Positions 27,679-38,349 of a stretch of 60,771 nt of DNA are shown piece after piece. The DNA is from a virus (taxonomy: Duplodnaviria > Caudoviricetes), in IMG/VR virus record IMGVR_UViG_3300017773_000008, positions 1 to 60,771 of that record, one strand, 5' to 3'. Positions within the stretch are counted from its first letter, which is position 1. Each line of letters opens with the position of its first letter. The position numbers and the translations under genes were made by a program. Below the pieces are notes generated by a model. That model had not been told where the DNA came from and made no database searches. It worked only from the letters and a program-made list of their open reading frames with translations.

Positions 27679-28511
27679 TATGTTTGTACCCCTTCTGCAC
27701 TGCTAACATCCGAAAGTCTTTGTAGTAATGTTAAAATATCAGAAAAACTAGCCGCCCCCGAACTTAAAGCACTAGGATCTGCAAAAGAAATATCCGTAGC
27801 GGATAATGGTAGTTCCTGTAACAACGACTGTAAATACACAGGCATTTTGTAAGCAAAATCTCTTTCTTCTTCAAATTGTAGTCTATCTGCTTCTATACCT
27901 TCAGCATCAATATCTCTTTCTGTTGCACCTGCTGTACCCATCCTGTCTAGTGCTGCAAGCCCATACTGTCTATCTCCTTCTTGAGTATCTCTATCAAATC
28001 CCATACCCTCTCGTGCTTCGCCAAAGGCTTTATAGTAACCTTCTCCTAAAGTCTTATCTAGTTGGTCTAATAGGTTTCTTCTTCCCTCTGACTCCATAAC
28101 AGCTTGCCTACTACCCCCAAATGCTCCTGCCTGTGTAAGTCTAGAAGCATCTGCTACTCTTGATATATCAGCCTGTCTTCTTAATTCTTTTAATTGTGGG
28201 TCTAATACATTTTGTAAATAAGGGTTCATGTAACTTGCTACAGAAGCAGGGTCTGCCATTGACCCTGTAAATGATGTCATACCCTCTGTAGGTATTGTAA
28301 GCCCTGCAAGCCCTTCAAACTGTTGTGTTTGTAAATCAGACTTTCCTGCTGTCAATGGCCCTGTGTACGCTTCGTAAGGTAAAGCAGCTGCTGCTAAACC
28401 TTGACCTAACATTTCTGTAGCATACGGGCCTATATAAGGCGATAAACTACTGGCTACACCTGTTTGAGTGCTTAAATCTGTACCGTCATCATTTAATGGA
28501 TCTGTTGCCAT
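27678..28511 (-). CDS. Putative DNA ejection/pilot protein
   Basis: YMNPYLQNV...AGAFGGSRQ motif seen in podovirus ejection proteins. Confidence 0.6.
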   Translation of the reverse strand: MATDPLNDDGTDLSTQTGVASSLSPYIGPYATEMLGQGLAAAALPYEAYTGPLTAGKSDLQTQQFEGLAGLTIPTEGMTSFTGSMADPASVASYMNPYLQNVLDPQLKELRRQADISRVADASRLTQAGAFGGSRQAVMESEGRRNLLDQLDKTLGEGYYKAFGEAREGMGFDRDTQEGDRQYGLAALDRMGTAGATERDIDAEGIEADRLQFEEERDFAYKMPVYLQSLLQELPLSATDISFADPSALSSGAASFSDILTLLQRLSDVSSAEGVQT

Positions 28512-28520
28512 GTCTATCTC

Positions 28521-29705
28521 CTACGCAGGTAAAAATTCTTTTGAGTTTATTTCTGGAGCTTGTTCTGTCTCTCCAGTTCTTGCTTCTCTTACACGTGATA
28601 ACATCTCATCAAGTACCTTTGCACCTGCGTCTGAGTTACCGTTACCTAAATGACTAACTACATCTGCAGGTATTACATATTCACCATCACTCAAAGCTGC
28701 AGGATCTTCGTTGTCTATGGTAGCAGGCACTTTATCTGCCATGCCATCAGTCTCACCATCTAGGTATCTTTGTTTTCTTGAGCCTAACTCAGCTATACCA
28801 CCTGTAGCGTACCCTCTTCTTCTAGAACCTTTTGGCCCTGCTCTATCTATGTAATCAGTTCCAAACATCCTTAAAAATTCTGCTTCTTCTTTTGGAGTCA
28901 AAGGTGGTTCTTCTTGACCCACCATTCTGTTAAATGCTCCATACGCTCTATAGTTTGGATCTTTCATGCCTAAATCTATTTCGGTAAACGAAGGACGTTC
29001 TTTTATTTTAGGCCCTTGTTTTTTAATTCCTAATAACCCTAACAAACCACCTACTGTTCCTGGGTCATAATTCATAAGAGCTTTTTCTATAGTAGATAAA
29101 GAATTATCTACTTTTCTCCCTTGTTTGTAAGGAGTCACTTGTAAAGGGCTAGTGGGATCATCTTGTATAGATTGATAAGGACTTGTAAATGGACTTGTTT
29201 CTTCTGAAGGTGACATGTTTTGACTTAATACAGACTGTGCTGTGGGTACAGCTGCAAAACTGGGTTGAATTAAAGGATCTTCAACAGACGTTTCTACAGC
29301 AGGTGTATCAACAATAGCACGTATTTGGTTAGCAGGATTAGCAAGATTAGAAGCCGCTAGTGACGTTGCTTGTGTTCCTGCTGCAGATACTGCGTCTGCT
29401 AAACTTTGTGTTGCGCCTTCTTTATCCATATCTACATAAGTTGCGTCAGTAAAGTACCTTCTTCCACCACTTCCTGGCCTACGATCAGGATCAAACGTAT
29501 TTGGCACACGCCTCCTAACAGCCTTATAGTTGGGTATGCTACCTTGATATCCAGTTGGGTTTATTGTAGGATCAAAAACTCCCGCTGCACCGCCACCAAC
29601 ACCAAGTATGGCTGCTAACCCCAAAGCTGTATCATTTAATGTTCGAGTGGTTTTTGTTGGATCTTTTGGATCTGTGACAGTATTAAATAAAAAATCTAAA
29701 TTCAT
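28521..29705 (-). CDS. Putative internal virion protein with C-terminal D-x-V/IPA...LSDGEYVIPADVV domain
   Basis: 394 aa; YATGGIA followed by DGMADKVPA...ALSDGEYVIPADVV. Confidence 0.65.
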   Translation of the reverse strand: MNLDFLFNTVTDPKDPTKTTRTLNDTALGLAAILGVGGGAAGVFDPTINPTGYQGSIPNYKAVRRRVPNTFDPDRRPGSGGRRYFTDATYVDMDKEGATQSLADAVSAAGTQATSLAASNLANPANQIRAIVDTPAVETSVEDPLIQPSFAAVPTAQSVLSQNMSPSEETSPFTSPYQSIQDDPTSPLQVTPYKQGRKVDNSLSTIEKALMNYDPGTVGGLLGLLGIKKQGPKIKERPSFTEIDLGMKDPNYRAYGAFNRMVGQEEPPLTPKEEAEFLRMFGTDYIDRAGPKGSRRRGYATGGIAELGSRKQRYLDGETDGMADKVPATIDNEDPAALSDGEYVIPADVVSHLGNGNSDAGAKVLDEMLSRVREARTGETEQAPEINSKEFLPA

Positions 29706-32700
29706 TTATACACCTCCAAACACTTGTAAAAATTCTCTGTCTTCATCATCATCTTTATCGTCTTCATCCGTGTCTTCTTCTTTTGGTTTTAAAGAATCTA
29801 AATATTCTTCTAAAGAGAGAACACCAAGCCCCTGTTTAAGAGGATCATATTCACCAGTAGTATACTGTTGGAAGGGTTTAGTAAACGTTTTTTCTTCTTG
29901 TTGAGGAAAAATGCTACCAAAATCATAAATATAGTCTAAATCCCCACCTTCTTCATTTACAGCTCTGCCCATACCACCAGCCTGTCTTTGTCTAAAATCT
30001 AATAATTGTGCTAAACCCCGAAGTTGTGGGTCAGGTTGAGTGGTGACTGCTGTACTTATTGTTGTATCTACTGCTGTGTCAGCGGTGGTATCTGCTTCCG
30101 TGCCTAATGTAGCATCTATCACTGTGTCTACAGGTGTTACCTGTGTGCTTATATCTTCTTCTATAAGATTAATAACGTTGTCTACTTGAGTCACATCGTC
30201 ATCAGTTAATGAGTCTATATCTGTACCCAATATATTAGCATAGATATTAGAAGTTTCGTCATCTAAAGAAGAAGTTACAGGATCTTTAGGAGTAAATTCT
30301 ACTACGTTCTCACTTAAAGTTTCTTCTAATGGTTGAGTTAATAGTGTTTCAGTTTCAAGTCCTGTTTCAGGCCCTACTGGAGGTTTAATAGCGTCACCTT
30401 CAAAAGCATCAACCTCATCAAACTGTGACAAATAATCTTTATCTACTGTAGGTTGATCTGTTGTAGTATCAAAAGTAGGCGTTGTATCGTCATCTATTGC
30501 AGGTTCATCAAAAGTTACTGGGTCTAACGCTTCTGGAACTGTATCTTTATTAGAGATTTCTAACACGTTATCTACATTGTCTTGTATATCTTCTGGAGTT
30601 ACAGGTGTTTCTATTATTTCTAGACCTGTGCCTCCAAATGCACCGTCAGGATCTAAAAGATTTTTTTCCACATAAGTAGCTACATCAGAAGATAAATCTC
30701 CATTATCATATTTAGATATTAGTGCATCTTTAATTTCTTGTGCAGTGTTAGCTACAGTTACAGCCCCACCTTGCCCAGCCACACCTAATAAAAATGCGCC
30801 TCCTGTTTCACTTCCTGGGTCAATACCAAAATCACGAAGCGCTTTTTCTGTAATTGCAGTTTGCCCTGCCTCTGTAAGTCCTCCCGATATACCAGCTACG
30901 CTAATATTTATAGGTATACCTAGTGCTTTTCTTTGTCCTGGGGATAGTTTGGTGTATATATCTTGTATAGTTTTTATACCTAACGTTCCCACAGCCGCTT
31001 TAGCGGTAATAAAGTCTCCAATACCTTCTAAACTACCAGCCGCAAGTGCTGATCCATAAAATTTATCTTGTAGTTGCTGTGTTGCTTTTTCTACGTCACC
31101 ATCTGCATCCGCAACAAGTGTCTGCCATAAAAGGTTGTCATCTAACTCACCACCATCTACAGCTCTTTTTACATGGGCATCTATCTCTTCTTTCGCTGCC
31201 CCATAACCCTCTAATGCTCCAAGGCTTACGGTTAAAAGTGGGCCAACATAAGGAATTAACGTTACAAGAACATCTGTAGCAACATCTCCAAACTCTTCAG
31301 AGGCATTTAAAAAAGTAGCAAACTTATCTGTGCCATAAGGTCTACCCAACTGATCTAAAGCTACTTCTCCTCCAGGAAGAGCAGTTGTAAAATCCATTGA
31401 AGCTGGTAAAGCGTGTAATTGCCTTAGTAAAAGATCACCACTAATTTTTTGTTTTAAATTATTACTAGTTCCATCTAACCAATTTACGAAACCTCCTGTA
31501 GCATCCCTTAAAAATCTAGTATCATCCTCTTGAACTCTATTTAAAAATTCTTCTTCTAACTGTAATGCTTTAGTAAGGTCTAACTCTCCACCCTCACCAT
31601 AAACTTTTCCAAGTTCAGTATCAAGCACGTCTCCAAGATCAGCAGCACCTTTTACTTGGAATGCTAACGCTTCTAATAGCCCAGAACTTACATTATACCC
31701 TAGTGCAGCTAAGTTCTTTTTAGCTATATCAATAAAACTTTCTTCTTCTGCCTCTTCAAGAGCTTCTTCTCTTAGAGCCTCACCTTCTTCAAAATATCCT
31801 TCGTAGAAGTCAGGTTGCTCTACTGTTTCTTCCCCTACTATATCTTTAAGTACCTCTTCTGCAGTATCTATAACAGGGGGTTTATCAATAACATCGTCTG
31901 GTGCTTCTATGACAGGGGGGTCTTTTATTTCTGGTCGTTCTTCTTCACCTTCTGGTAACGTCTCAGTAGGTCTTTCTTCAACAGCCTCGTCATCTAGGAC
32001 AGGTATTTGTGGAGCTGTTGTATCTACTTCAGGTGCTACATCTGTGCCTATCTCTTCAAACTGATCTTGGTACTCTAAAAGGTCATCCTTTTCACTAACT
32101 GGTATCTTCATATTGTCTTTTTGAGCAAAAAAATGGTCAGTTATATTTTCATCTTCAGATAATTCATATTTTTCTCTGTAGTATTCTTCATCAAAATTGG
32201 GTCTAAGCGTAAGAAGTGCTTGCCTATCCATTTCGTCATATAAAGGTTTAAAACTATCACCAAGGTTGTCTACTTCAGATAACACATACCCTAAGTTGTT
32301 TTGATACGTTTCTTGTCTGTCGTTTAATAATTTTTTGTTTTTATCGTAAGACTCTTTAGCCCTATTAAGGCCAGGTAGGTAAGTATTTTCATAATTGGAC
32401 TTAAAATTATTTGCATAACTTTCTAACGCTACGGCAGCGTTATTTACAGCATTTGCATTTGCTTCGTTTTTGTTACTATTATAATTATTTAAAGCGTTTT
32501 GATATGTAGAATAAAGAGCATCTTGTTCCGCTACCCCATTGTTTATTAAATCTCTAAACTTGTTATACTCTTTTGCATCTCCTGTTAATGTAGCTTCAGC
32601 CTCTTGTAAAGCTGTTGCAGACGATTGCGTGTCATCATAAGCACCACTAAGTTGATCTATGGTTTTAAATACAGGTTTATTTATAATTTCTTTTAAGTCA

Positions 32701-33644
32701 TCAAACGCTTGTTCTCTAAATGTACCAAAGAAAGCCTCTCCTGAAAGTTCAGGATTGTTGTATAGTGCTGTTGTAAAACTGTTAGATACTGCGTCAGTTA
32801 GAACCGCTATCTGTGCGTCATTAAGATCACCAAAAACATTGTCTTCTAAAAATTTATTTACGGTAACACCTACATTGGCATATTTATCTATAATAGAATA
32901 TAATGCTCCTGCTGGATCTGCTGCTGTTAAAAATGCTGCACCTGATAAATCGTCCCCACCTAATTCAGCACCAAGAGCAGCAAAAATACTATTTTGTACT
33001 CCTTCATCTAAACCTTCAAACCCTGTTAGTTGATCTTCTGCAACATTAAAAGTATCTCTGGCTATGGTGTCTACTTTATCAGATACTGCGCCCATAGCTG
33101 CGCCAACACCTGCCTGTAGTCCGCCATTTTTAAACGCTTCTATAGGATCTTGCCCATATACAACTGCTGTTGCTGCACGTTTACTACCAGCCCCAATAAT
33201 TTGTGCTGTTATATTCGACCCTGTTGCCTGCGATACTGCTGTCTGTGCATACTGACCTGCAAATTTTCCTGCAGTAGTCCCTGCATAAGATAGAGCAGCT
33301 GCTTTTATTGCGTCCTCTATATCCCCACCTTTAGCAAGAGTATTTGCTCCAGATGCTAAAGGTATAGCCCAAGTAGCAGCCGCAGTTACTGCTGTAGTAG
33401 TAGTTCCAAGTAACGCTGCGGTAGGGCCTGCCAATACGGTTGTAGCTAACATAGCTATAGCTTCAATAGGATTATCTAACGCATAGTCTACAATATCTCC
33501 TACGCCATCTATAACTGGGTTTATAATTTCATCTACAACCCACTCACCTGCATCTAATACAACATCAATAACACCTTCAACAAGATCCACAGCTCCATCA
33601 AATACATCACCTACAAAATCAAATATATCTCTAATTATTTTCAT
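29706..33644 (-). CDS. Large acidic putative ejection protein
   Basis: 1312 aa; Ala/Gly-rich hydrophobic segments and acidic low-complexity regions. Confidence 0.6.
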   Translation of the reverse strand: MKIIRDIFDFVGDVFDGAVDLVEGVIDVVLDAGEWVVDEIINPVIDGVGDIVDYALDNPIEAIAMLATTVLAGPTAALLGTTTTAVTAAATWAIPLASGANTLAKGGDIEDAIKAAALSYAGTTAGKFAGQYAQTAVSQATGSNITAQIIGAGSKRAATAVVYGQDPIEAFKNGGLQAGVGAAMGAVSDKVDTIARDTFNVAEDQLTGFEGLDEGVQNSIFAALGAELGGDDLSGAAFLTAADPAGALYSIIDKYANVGVTVNKFLEDNVFGDLNDAQIAVLTDAVSNSFTTALYNNPELSGEAFFGTFREQAFDDLKEIINKPVFKTIDQLSGAYDDTQSSATALQEAEATLTGDAKEYNKFRDLINNGVAEQDALYSTYQNALNNYNSNKNEANANAVNNAAVALESYANNFKSNYENTYLPGLNRAKESYDKNKKLLNDRQETYQNNLGYVLSEVDNLGDSFKPLYDEMDRQALLTLRPNFDEEYYREKYELSEDENITDHFFAQKDNMKIPVSEKDDLLEYQDQFEEIGTDVAPEVDTTAPQIPVLDDEAVEERPTETLPEGEEERPEIKDPPVIEAPDDVIDKPPVIDTAEEVLKDIVGEETVEQPDFYEGYFEEGEALREEALEEAEEESFIDIAKKNLAALGYNVSSGLLEALAFQVKGAADLGDVLDTELGKVYGEGGELDLTKALQLEEEFLNRVQEDDTRFLRDATGGFVNWLDGTSNNLKQKISGDLLLRQLHALPASMDFTTALPGGEVALDQLGRPYGTDKFATFLNASEEFGDVATDVLVTLIPYVGPLLTVSLGALEGYGAAKEEIDAHVKRAVDGGELDDNLLWQTLVADADGDVEKATQQLQDKFYGSALAAGSLEGIGDFITAKAAVGTLGIKTIQDIYTKLSPGQRKALGIPINISVAGISGGLTEAGQTAITEKALRDFGIDPGSETGGAFLLGVAGQGGAVTVANTAQEIKDALISKYDNGDLSSDVATYVEKNLLDPDGAFGGTGLEIIETPVTPEDIQDNVDNVLEISNKDTVPEALDPVTFDEPAIDDDTTPTFDTTTDQPTVDKDYLSQFDEVDAFEGDAIKPPVGPETGLETETLLTQPLEETLSENVVEFTPKDPVTSSLDDETSNIYANILGTDIDSLTDDDVTQVDNVINLIEEDISTQVTPVDTVIDATLGTEADTTADTAVDTTISTAVTTQPDPQLRGLAQLLDFRQRQAGGMGRAVNEEGGDLDYIYDFGSIFPQQEEKTFTKPFQQYTTGEYDPLKQGLGVLSLEEYLDSLKPKEEDTDEDDKDDDEDREFLQVFGGV

Positions 33645-34111
33645 TACAATGCGCCCTTTTGTGAAAATTTAAAAAGTACGCGGACATATTTGTTATCTTT
33701 AGAGTTTACCATGTACCCTTTAGTCCCAGTGCCTTTAAAAGTTTGCCCCACAGCTTTTGCAACAGGTTCAAGTGTACCTGCTCTAAAATCAGCAGAATAA
33801 TGAGTTATACCTTTTTGTTGTAAAACATTAAAATATTTTACAGTATTATTAACAAGATTACGGGCTGTATCTACATTAAATAACCTACCGTGCAGTTTAT
33901 TTTTATCTTCACCTTTATGGGCTACAAATACAGTATTACCAACTTGCGCAACATCTACACTAGGCATGGTAAGTTCTTTAGTTATTCCCGCAAGGGTGGC
34001 TGCTGGAGTTATCTCTGATTCTCCAGAAATAGCATCTTGTTGTTCTAAAGCCATAGAAATAATTGTTGGTGCAGGAAGTGGTTTCTCTTTACTGTCTACT
34101 ACTTCTACCAT
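33644..34111 (-). CDS. Hypothetical protein
   Basis: 155 aa; TAATG coupling. Confidence 0.7.
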   Translation of the reverse strand: MVEVVDSKEKPLPAPTIISMALEQQDAISGESEITPAATLAGITKELTMPSVDVAQVGNTVFVAHKGEDKNKLHGRLFNVDTARNLVNNTVKYFNVLQQKGITHYSADFRAGTLEPVAKAVGQTFKGTGTKGYMVNSKDNKYVRVLFKFSQKGAL

Positions 34112-34431
34112 TACGTTATCTCCAACACACTAGCTACAACATGTAATCTATTTGCTGTACCTGCTGTAACTTTTAATATTTCGGTTGCTTGTAAAACCAA
34201 AGGTGCAGTCAATAACTCTACAGTTCCTTTTGCTCCCACTGCTTTATCTTTAAATAAACTAAAAACATCTGACCCATTCGTAAGCGTAAGAGTTATTGTA
34301 TCTGCATTGTTACTATCCTCAGATACAAGTATAGACTTTACAATAGTTGTAGTAGAAGCTGCACAAGTATAAAGTGTCGTTGCACTAGTTGAGGTTAAAT
34401 CTACCTTTGCATTTGTATATGTATTAGCCAT
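34111..34431 (-). CDS. Small beta-rich virion protein
   Basis: MANTYTNAKVDL...TLYTC...IVKSILV; coupled start. Confidence 0.65.
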   Translation of the reverse strand: MANTYTNAKVDLTSTSATTLYTCAASTTTIVKSILVSEDSNNADTITLTLTNGSDVFSLFKDKAVGAKGTVELLTAPLVLQATEILKVTAGTANRLHVVASVLEIT

Positions 34432-34619
34432 TAACCCATAAACCACCCAAAAGCATCAGATTTTTGTTGTGGTGAAGTATCTCGCACAACATTGTCTAAT
34501 TGGTTAAAATACAACCTTAATACATTGTTAAGTTGATTAAAATGCACTTCTTCATACTCTTTAGGAGCATATGGCAACGCAGGTGCGCGAAACTCTACTG
34601 TGTATGAATCTTCAGCCAT
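34431..34619 (-). CDS. Small conserved virion-associated protein
   Basis: APALPYAP.EY...QLNNVLRLYFNQLD. Confidence 0.6.
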   Translation of the reverse strand: MAEDSYTVEFRAPALPYAPKEYEEVHFNQLNNVLRLYFNQLDNVVRDTSPQQKSDAFGWFMG

Positions 34620-36760
34620 TACCTTCTTCCATCTGGACGCATATCAATTCTTGGAGTGCCAAACTGCCATTGTACGCCTGTAGCACTAGATTCTACCTTT
34701 ACTGATAATTGTCGCCCTCTAACTCTAGTATGTATTTGATTTGTATAAGCCTCTACAGGTGATGTAGCTGTCCGTGTAACAGTGCCTGTATTTGTACCAC
34801 TTTCTGAAGCAGTAGCATTTCTGCCAGAACCAGAAGAAGCATGAGGAAACAAAGTCATATCTATGGCAGGACTATTTGCTGTAGAACCCTCAAAATTTAT
34901 ATCTGGTAACATACGAGATATTAACATAAATTTATGCCCGTCATCTAAGTCAAAATCTGCTGAAAGTATAAAAGCATCTATTGCTGCGGTAGTGCCTGTC
35001 TCGTTATCGTCTATACCGTTCTCATGGTCTACCAATACTCCATTATAAGTAGTGGCTAGTGGAAAAGACCTTAACCCAGAGTCTAACCATGCAGTTCGTG
35101 CCATAGATCCGTAATACCATATGTCATCTAAAAAGTTATAAATAACGTATCTATCTATGTTAGCTGAATTTGCAGAACAATAAAACCACCACACTTCGTG
35201 AAACGCTTCGTTACCACCTGCAAACACTTGTGTAAACTGGTCAGTATTAAAATCTGTAAACACATATTTACGTAGGTCACAAGGCAAAGGTTTTGTTCTA
35301 CCATCATACATATAAAATTTATCTTTACCCATCCAGTATGCAACACCATTTGTATACGCTACTGCATTTTGAGAAGCTATTGATATATTTTCGCCAACTA
35401 TTGTAGCACCCCACACACCAGATCCTGCACCCACATACTGTAAAGAATATAATGAAGAATCAGACCAAACAAGAACCTCCTGCCTAGCTTGAGATGCGGC
35501 TACTATTTCTGTACCACGTGATAAACGTAAACTCCCTGCTTGGTTTGTAGCCGCTGGAGTCCAGTTCACAGCACTATCTTGGTCAGACCAACGTATAAGC
35601 ATAGGATCTAAAACGCTAGTGCCTAAAGGGTTAGTCCCAAAACAAAAAACAAAACGATTGATATCAGATATAGCCATGACATTTTGTATTATAGGTACGT
35701 CAGATGCGCCAGTACGACCTGTTAAAGCAACGGCTCTGTTGTTGAGAGAATCTTCAACACTAGCATCCCAATAATATAACCTATCTCCTCTAAAACCAAA
35801 AATTAAATCTTCTCCAAAGTTTTGTTGTGACCATATACGAAGTTCTTCTTGACTAGTTTGTCCAGTATTCCAAGGCCCTGCACCCCAACCACTAGCTCCC
35901 CAACCTGCAATTTCTGAAGAAGATGTTGCGCCAGAAACTATTTGATATGCTGCAACACTACTACTTTGGGATACGCTACCTGTGTTATCATCTGCAGAAG
36001 AAGCTATATTAGTAAAAGTTAACGTAGTATCACTAAAACTCTTAGCATTAATTGTATAAACATTTGCAGATTCTACAGTTTCTATTTGATATTCATTATT
36101 TAAAACAGCAGTTGTAAAATTACCTGATAATGTGCTTGTACCACTAAATGTTACAAAATCTCCTTCTGTAGCCTCATGGTCATTATCTGTTACGAGTATT
36201 GTAAAGAAAAAAATTGTAGCCCCCGAACTATGCGTAGCGGCTGTTGTGCTTGTAGAAACACCAGATACTAATCGTGACGCACCTCTAGTACAACCTGTTA
36301 ACGTGTTATCAGTTATACCTGTATAATCTATAACTTCACTATCAATTAACGCTTTTCCTGCTACAGGAAATCCTGTGGTGTCGGTAAGAGCTATTGTAGT
36401 AGCACTTGTAGAAGTCACAGCAGCACTTAATGTGGTTCTGAATGCTTTAAAAGTAATATCTCCTGCACTAGTTGTATTTCTAACGGGAGTTATATCGTTA
36501 AAATTACCTCCAGCTTCTATATAAAATTTAAGATGTGTGCCTATACCTATTAAATTTTGTTGTCCTAAAGTTATCCAGTTAAATATAGATCTTGCTGTCC
36601 CTAAAAATGTAGTTGTAGTTGTACGTGTCCATCCACCTATTTTTTCAGGTGTGCCTTGTCTAAACCGTACATTATCACATTCATACCAACCACCTTCAGA
36701 CGCATAGCGTGTGTTCTCACGGTTTACTCCAGGTTTAAAAGATAACTTCTTTAGAGGCAT
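34619..36760 (-). CDS. Tail nozzle / DNA stabilisation protein (P22 gp10-like)
   Basis: 713 aa; MPLKKL.FKPGVNRE...NVRF...PEKIGGW, IRWSDQ, ends RPDGRR. Confidence 0.7.
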   Translation of the reverse strand: MPLKKLSFKPGVNRENTRYASEGGWYECDNVRFRQGTPEKIGGWTRTTTTTFLGTARSIFNWITLGQQNLIGIGTHLKFYIEAGGNFNDITPVRNTTSAGDITFKAFRTTLSAAVTSTSATTIALTDTTGFPVAGKALIDSEVIDYTGITDNTLTGCTRGASRLVSGVSTSTTAATHSSGATIFFFTILVTDNDHEATEGDFVTFSGTSTLSGNFTTAVLNNEYQIETVESANVYTINAKSFSDTTLTFTNIASSADDNTGSVSQSSSVAAYQIVSGATSSSEIAGWGASGWGAGPWNTGQTSQEELRIWSQQNFGEDLIFGFRGDRLYYWDASVEDSLNNRAVALTGRTGASDVPIIQNVMAISDINRFVFCFGTNPLGTSVLDPMLIRWSDQDSAVNWTPAATNQAGSLRLSRGTEIVAASQARQEVLVWSDSSLYSLQYVGAGSGVWGATIVGENISIASQNAVAYTNGVAYWMGKDKFYMYDGRTKPLPCDLRKYVFTDFNTDQFTQVFAGGNEAFHEVWWFYCSANSANIDRYVIYNFLDDIWYYGSMARTAWLDSGLRSFPLATTYNGVLVDHENGIDDNETGTTAAIDAFILSADFDLDDGHKFMLISRMLPDINFEGSTANSPAIDMTLFPHASSGSGRNATASESGTNTGTVTRTATSPVEAYTNQIHTRVRGRQLSVKVESSATGVQWQFGTPRIDMRPDGRR

Positions 36761-36761
36761 A

Positions 36762-37262
36762 TTACTGTACCATACTTAGAGATGCTTGCGTTGTTTCTTT
36801 GTTTCTTCTAGTCCAACCTCTACCAAAAGTTTTAAACGTGGATAAGTTTTCATAAAAGTCTTGTCGTAGTTTACCAAACTCTTCAACCATATATTTAGGG
36901 TTCTGTCCGTTTATCAAAGCAAGCGTCTTAGGGCCTATTGCTCCGTCTTGAGTTGCACCTACAATTTTTTGTAATGCTTTAGCTGCACGACCTGTTCCGC
37001 TATTTACACCCCAATCAAACGCGCAAAAATCTAAACCACTAGGGAGATCATCACATTTGAGCCGATTCCAGTAGTTCTCTCTATAAATAGGGGCTACATC
37101 GTCTGGAGTAAGATCTTTCATATTCTTCTCTCCTCCCCACTCGTCATATACTCTTTTAGTAACTCCTAGATTAGTTTCTCCACCTGGGTCTTCAGGGTGG
37201 TTAACGTACCCACCTTCGTGATGGAGCAGCATAGCTAAACTATTTGTAAAATTTTTTTTCAT
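36762..37262 (-). CDS. Endolysin, glycoside hydrolase family 108 with PG-binding domain
   Basis: HEGGYVNHPEDPGGETNLGVT, FDWGVNSG, FGRGWTRR. Confidence 0.93.
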   Translation of the reverse strand: MKKNFTNSLAMLLHHEGGYVNHPEDPGGETNLGVTKRVYDEWGGEKNMKDLTPDDVAPIYRENYWNRLKCDDLPSGLDFCAFDWGVNSGTGRAAKALQKIVGATQDGAIGPKTLALINGQNPKYMVEEFGKLRQDFYENLSTFKTFGRGWTRRNKETTQASLSMVQ

Positions 37263-37660
37263 TTAGTTAATCCTTTTGTCTTTTCATAGCTACGCAATCC
37301 TCCGATTCCGAGCATACCGCCCAAAACAGGAAGAAGCGTACCGACATCAAATTCAGGTAAATCGGGTGTTTCTAAGCCAATGTAGGCAAAAACAAATATT
37401 AAAAGCGGCTGAAACACGAAATGATATGCAAAAGCAATACCGCATGTCCAGCCAACAAATGGCCGCCAGCCGCCCTTAAATAACGATCCTGAAGCCGCTT
37501 CAGCTTTATTTATCTCTAATTGTGCAAGTAAAGCCTCTTGAGAATGTTTCTCCCCCATAGTGGCTATCTCGTGAGCCAAAGCTGCTTTTTGGTCTTTGTC
37601 CTCAATAAACTTATCTAAAAGACCTGTTACTGGGCCAACTAAACTTGTTAATACACTCAT
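37259..37660 (-). CDS. Holin (GTA 3TM holin-like)
   Basis: GWRPFVGWTCG and LGIGGLRSYEK; adjacent to the endolysin. Confidence 0.8.
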   Translation of the reverse strand: MSVLTSLVGPVTGLLDKFIEDKDQKAALAHEIATMGEKHSQEALLAQLEINKAEAASGSLFKGGWRPFVGWTCGIAFAYHFVFQPLLIFVFAYIGLETPDLPEFDVGTLLPVLGGMLGIGGLRSYEKTKGLTK

Positions 37661-37749
37661 TCTACCCCTCTCTTAACTTGTAATATGTTAAGGTTTTTCT
37701 CCTTCTTCTCGCCATCATACTCCCAAGCATAGTTTTTTTCAACCATCAT
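37657..37749 (-). pseudogene. 30-codon ORF resembling the C-terminus of phage thermonucleases
   Basis: MMVEKNYAWEYDGEKKEK...; coupled at both ends. Confidence 0.3.
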
Positions 37750-38033
37750 TAACTTTCCTTTGGTTTTTTGTTTAATACGCTTCCTGTTAGTATAGCACCA
37801 AACGACAAATGGAACAAACCCCCACCCATTAACGTGTACGGACTATGATGATCTGTCATTTTTCTCATTAATTCCATCTGTAGTTGAGCATTTTCCATTG
37901 TATTCATTGTGTCTATAAACCCTGATATCTCTGGTCTATTTACTCCATACCATACGGGAACAAGTACAAAATCAAACAAACATATAAAAAGATACACTCC
38001 TAAAGCTATTGATTGAAAATTAACACTAGCCAT
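37749..38033 (-). CDS. Membrane protein (2 TM)
   Basis: VYLFICLFDFVLVP...GGLFHLSFGAILTG. Confidence 0.65.
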   Translation of the reverse strand: MASVNFQSIALGVYLFICLFDFVLVPVWYGVNRPEISGFIDTMNTMENAQLQMELMRKMTDHHSPYTLMGGGLFHLSFGAILTGSVLNKKPKES

Positions 38034-38349
38034 TTTTTGTAAACGCACTAGATGCTATGAAAGCACCAATAACGCCCATGTTCGAAAGAACCCAAGTACT
38101 ACCAATACTGCTCAAATGATCTAATCTATCCAACGGAACGAGATCTGTCATAAGCACTGCGATATAAGCAGTTACTGAAATTGCACTAAACCACACCATA
38201 TAGCGTTGTTGATCCTGTTTGGCGTTATCGTTCTCCAAACGGATCTTTCTTTCCATAATCTCAAGATCGTCTATTTGCTCGTCTCCGTTAACATCTAGTT
38301 TTGCTGCAAATTCTTTAGCTGCCTTACCTTTGAAAGTTTTCTGTGTCAT
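38026..38349 (-). CDS. Membrane protein with an EF-hand-like loop
   Basis: LDVNGDEQIDDLE followed by two hydrophobic helices. Confidence 0.65.
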   Translation of the reverse strand: MTQKTFKGKAAKEFAAKLDVNGDEQIDDLEIMERKIRLENDNAKQDQQRYMVWFSAISVTAYIAVLMTDLVPLDRLDHLSSIGSTWVLSNMGVIGAFIASSAFTKNG

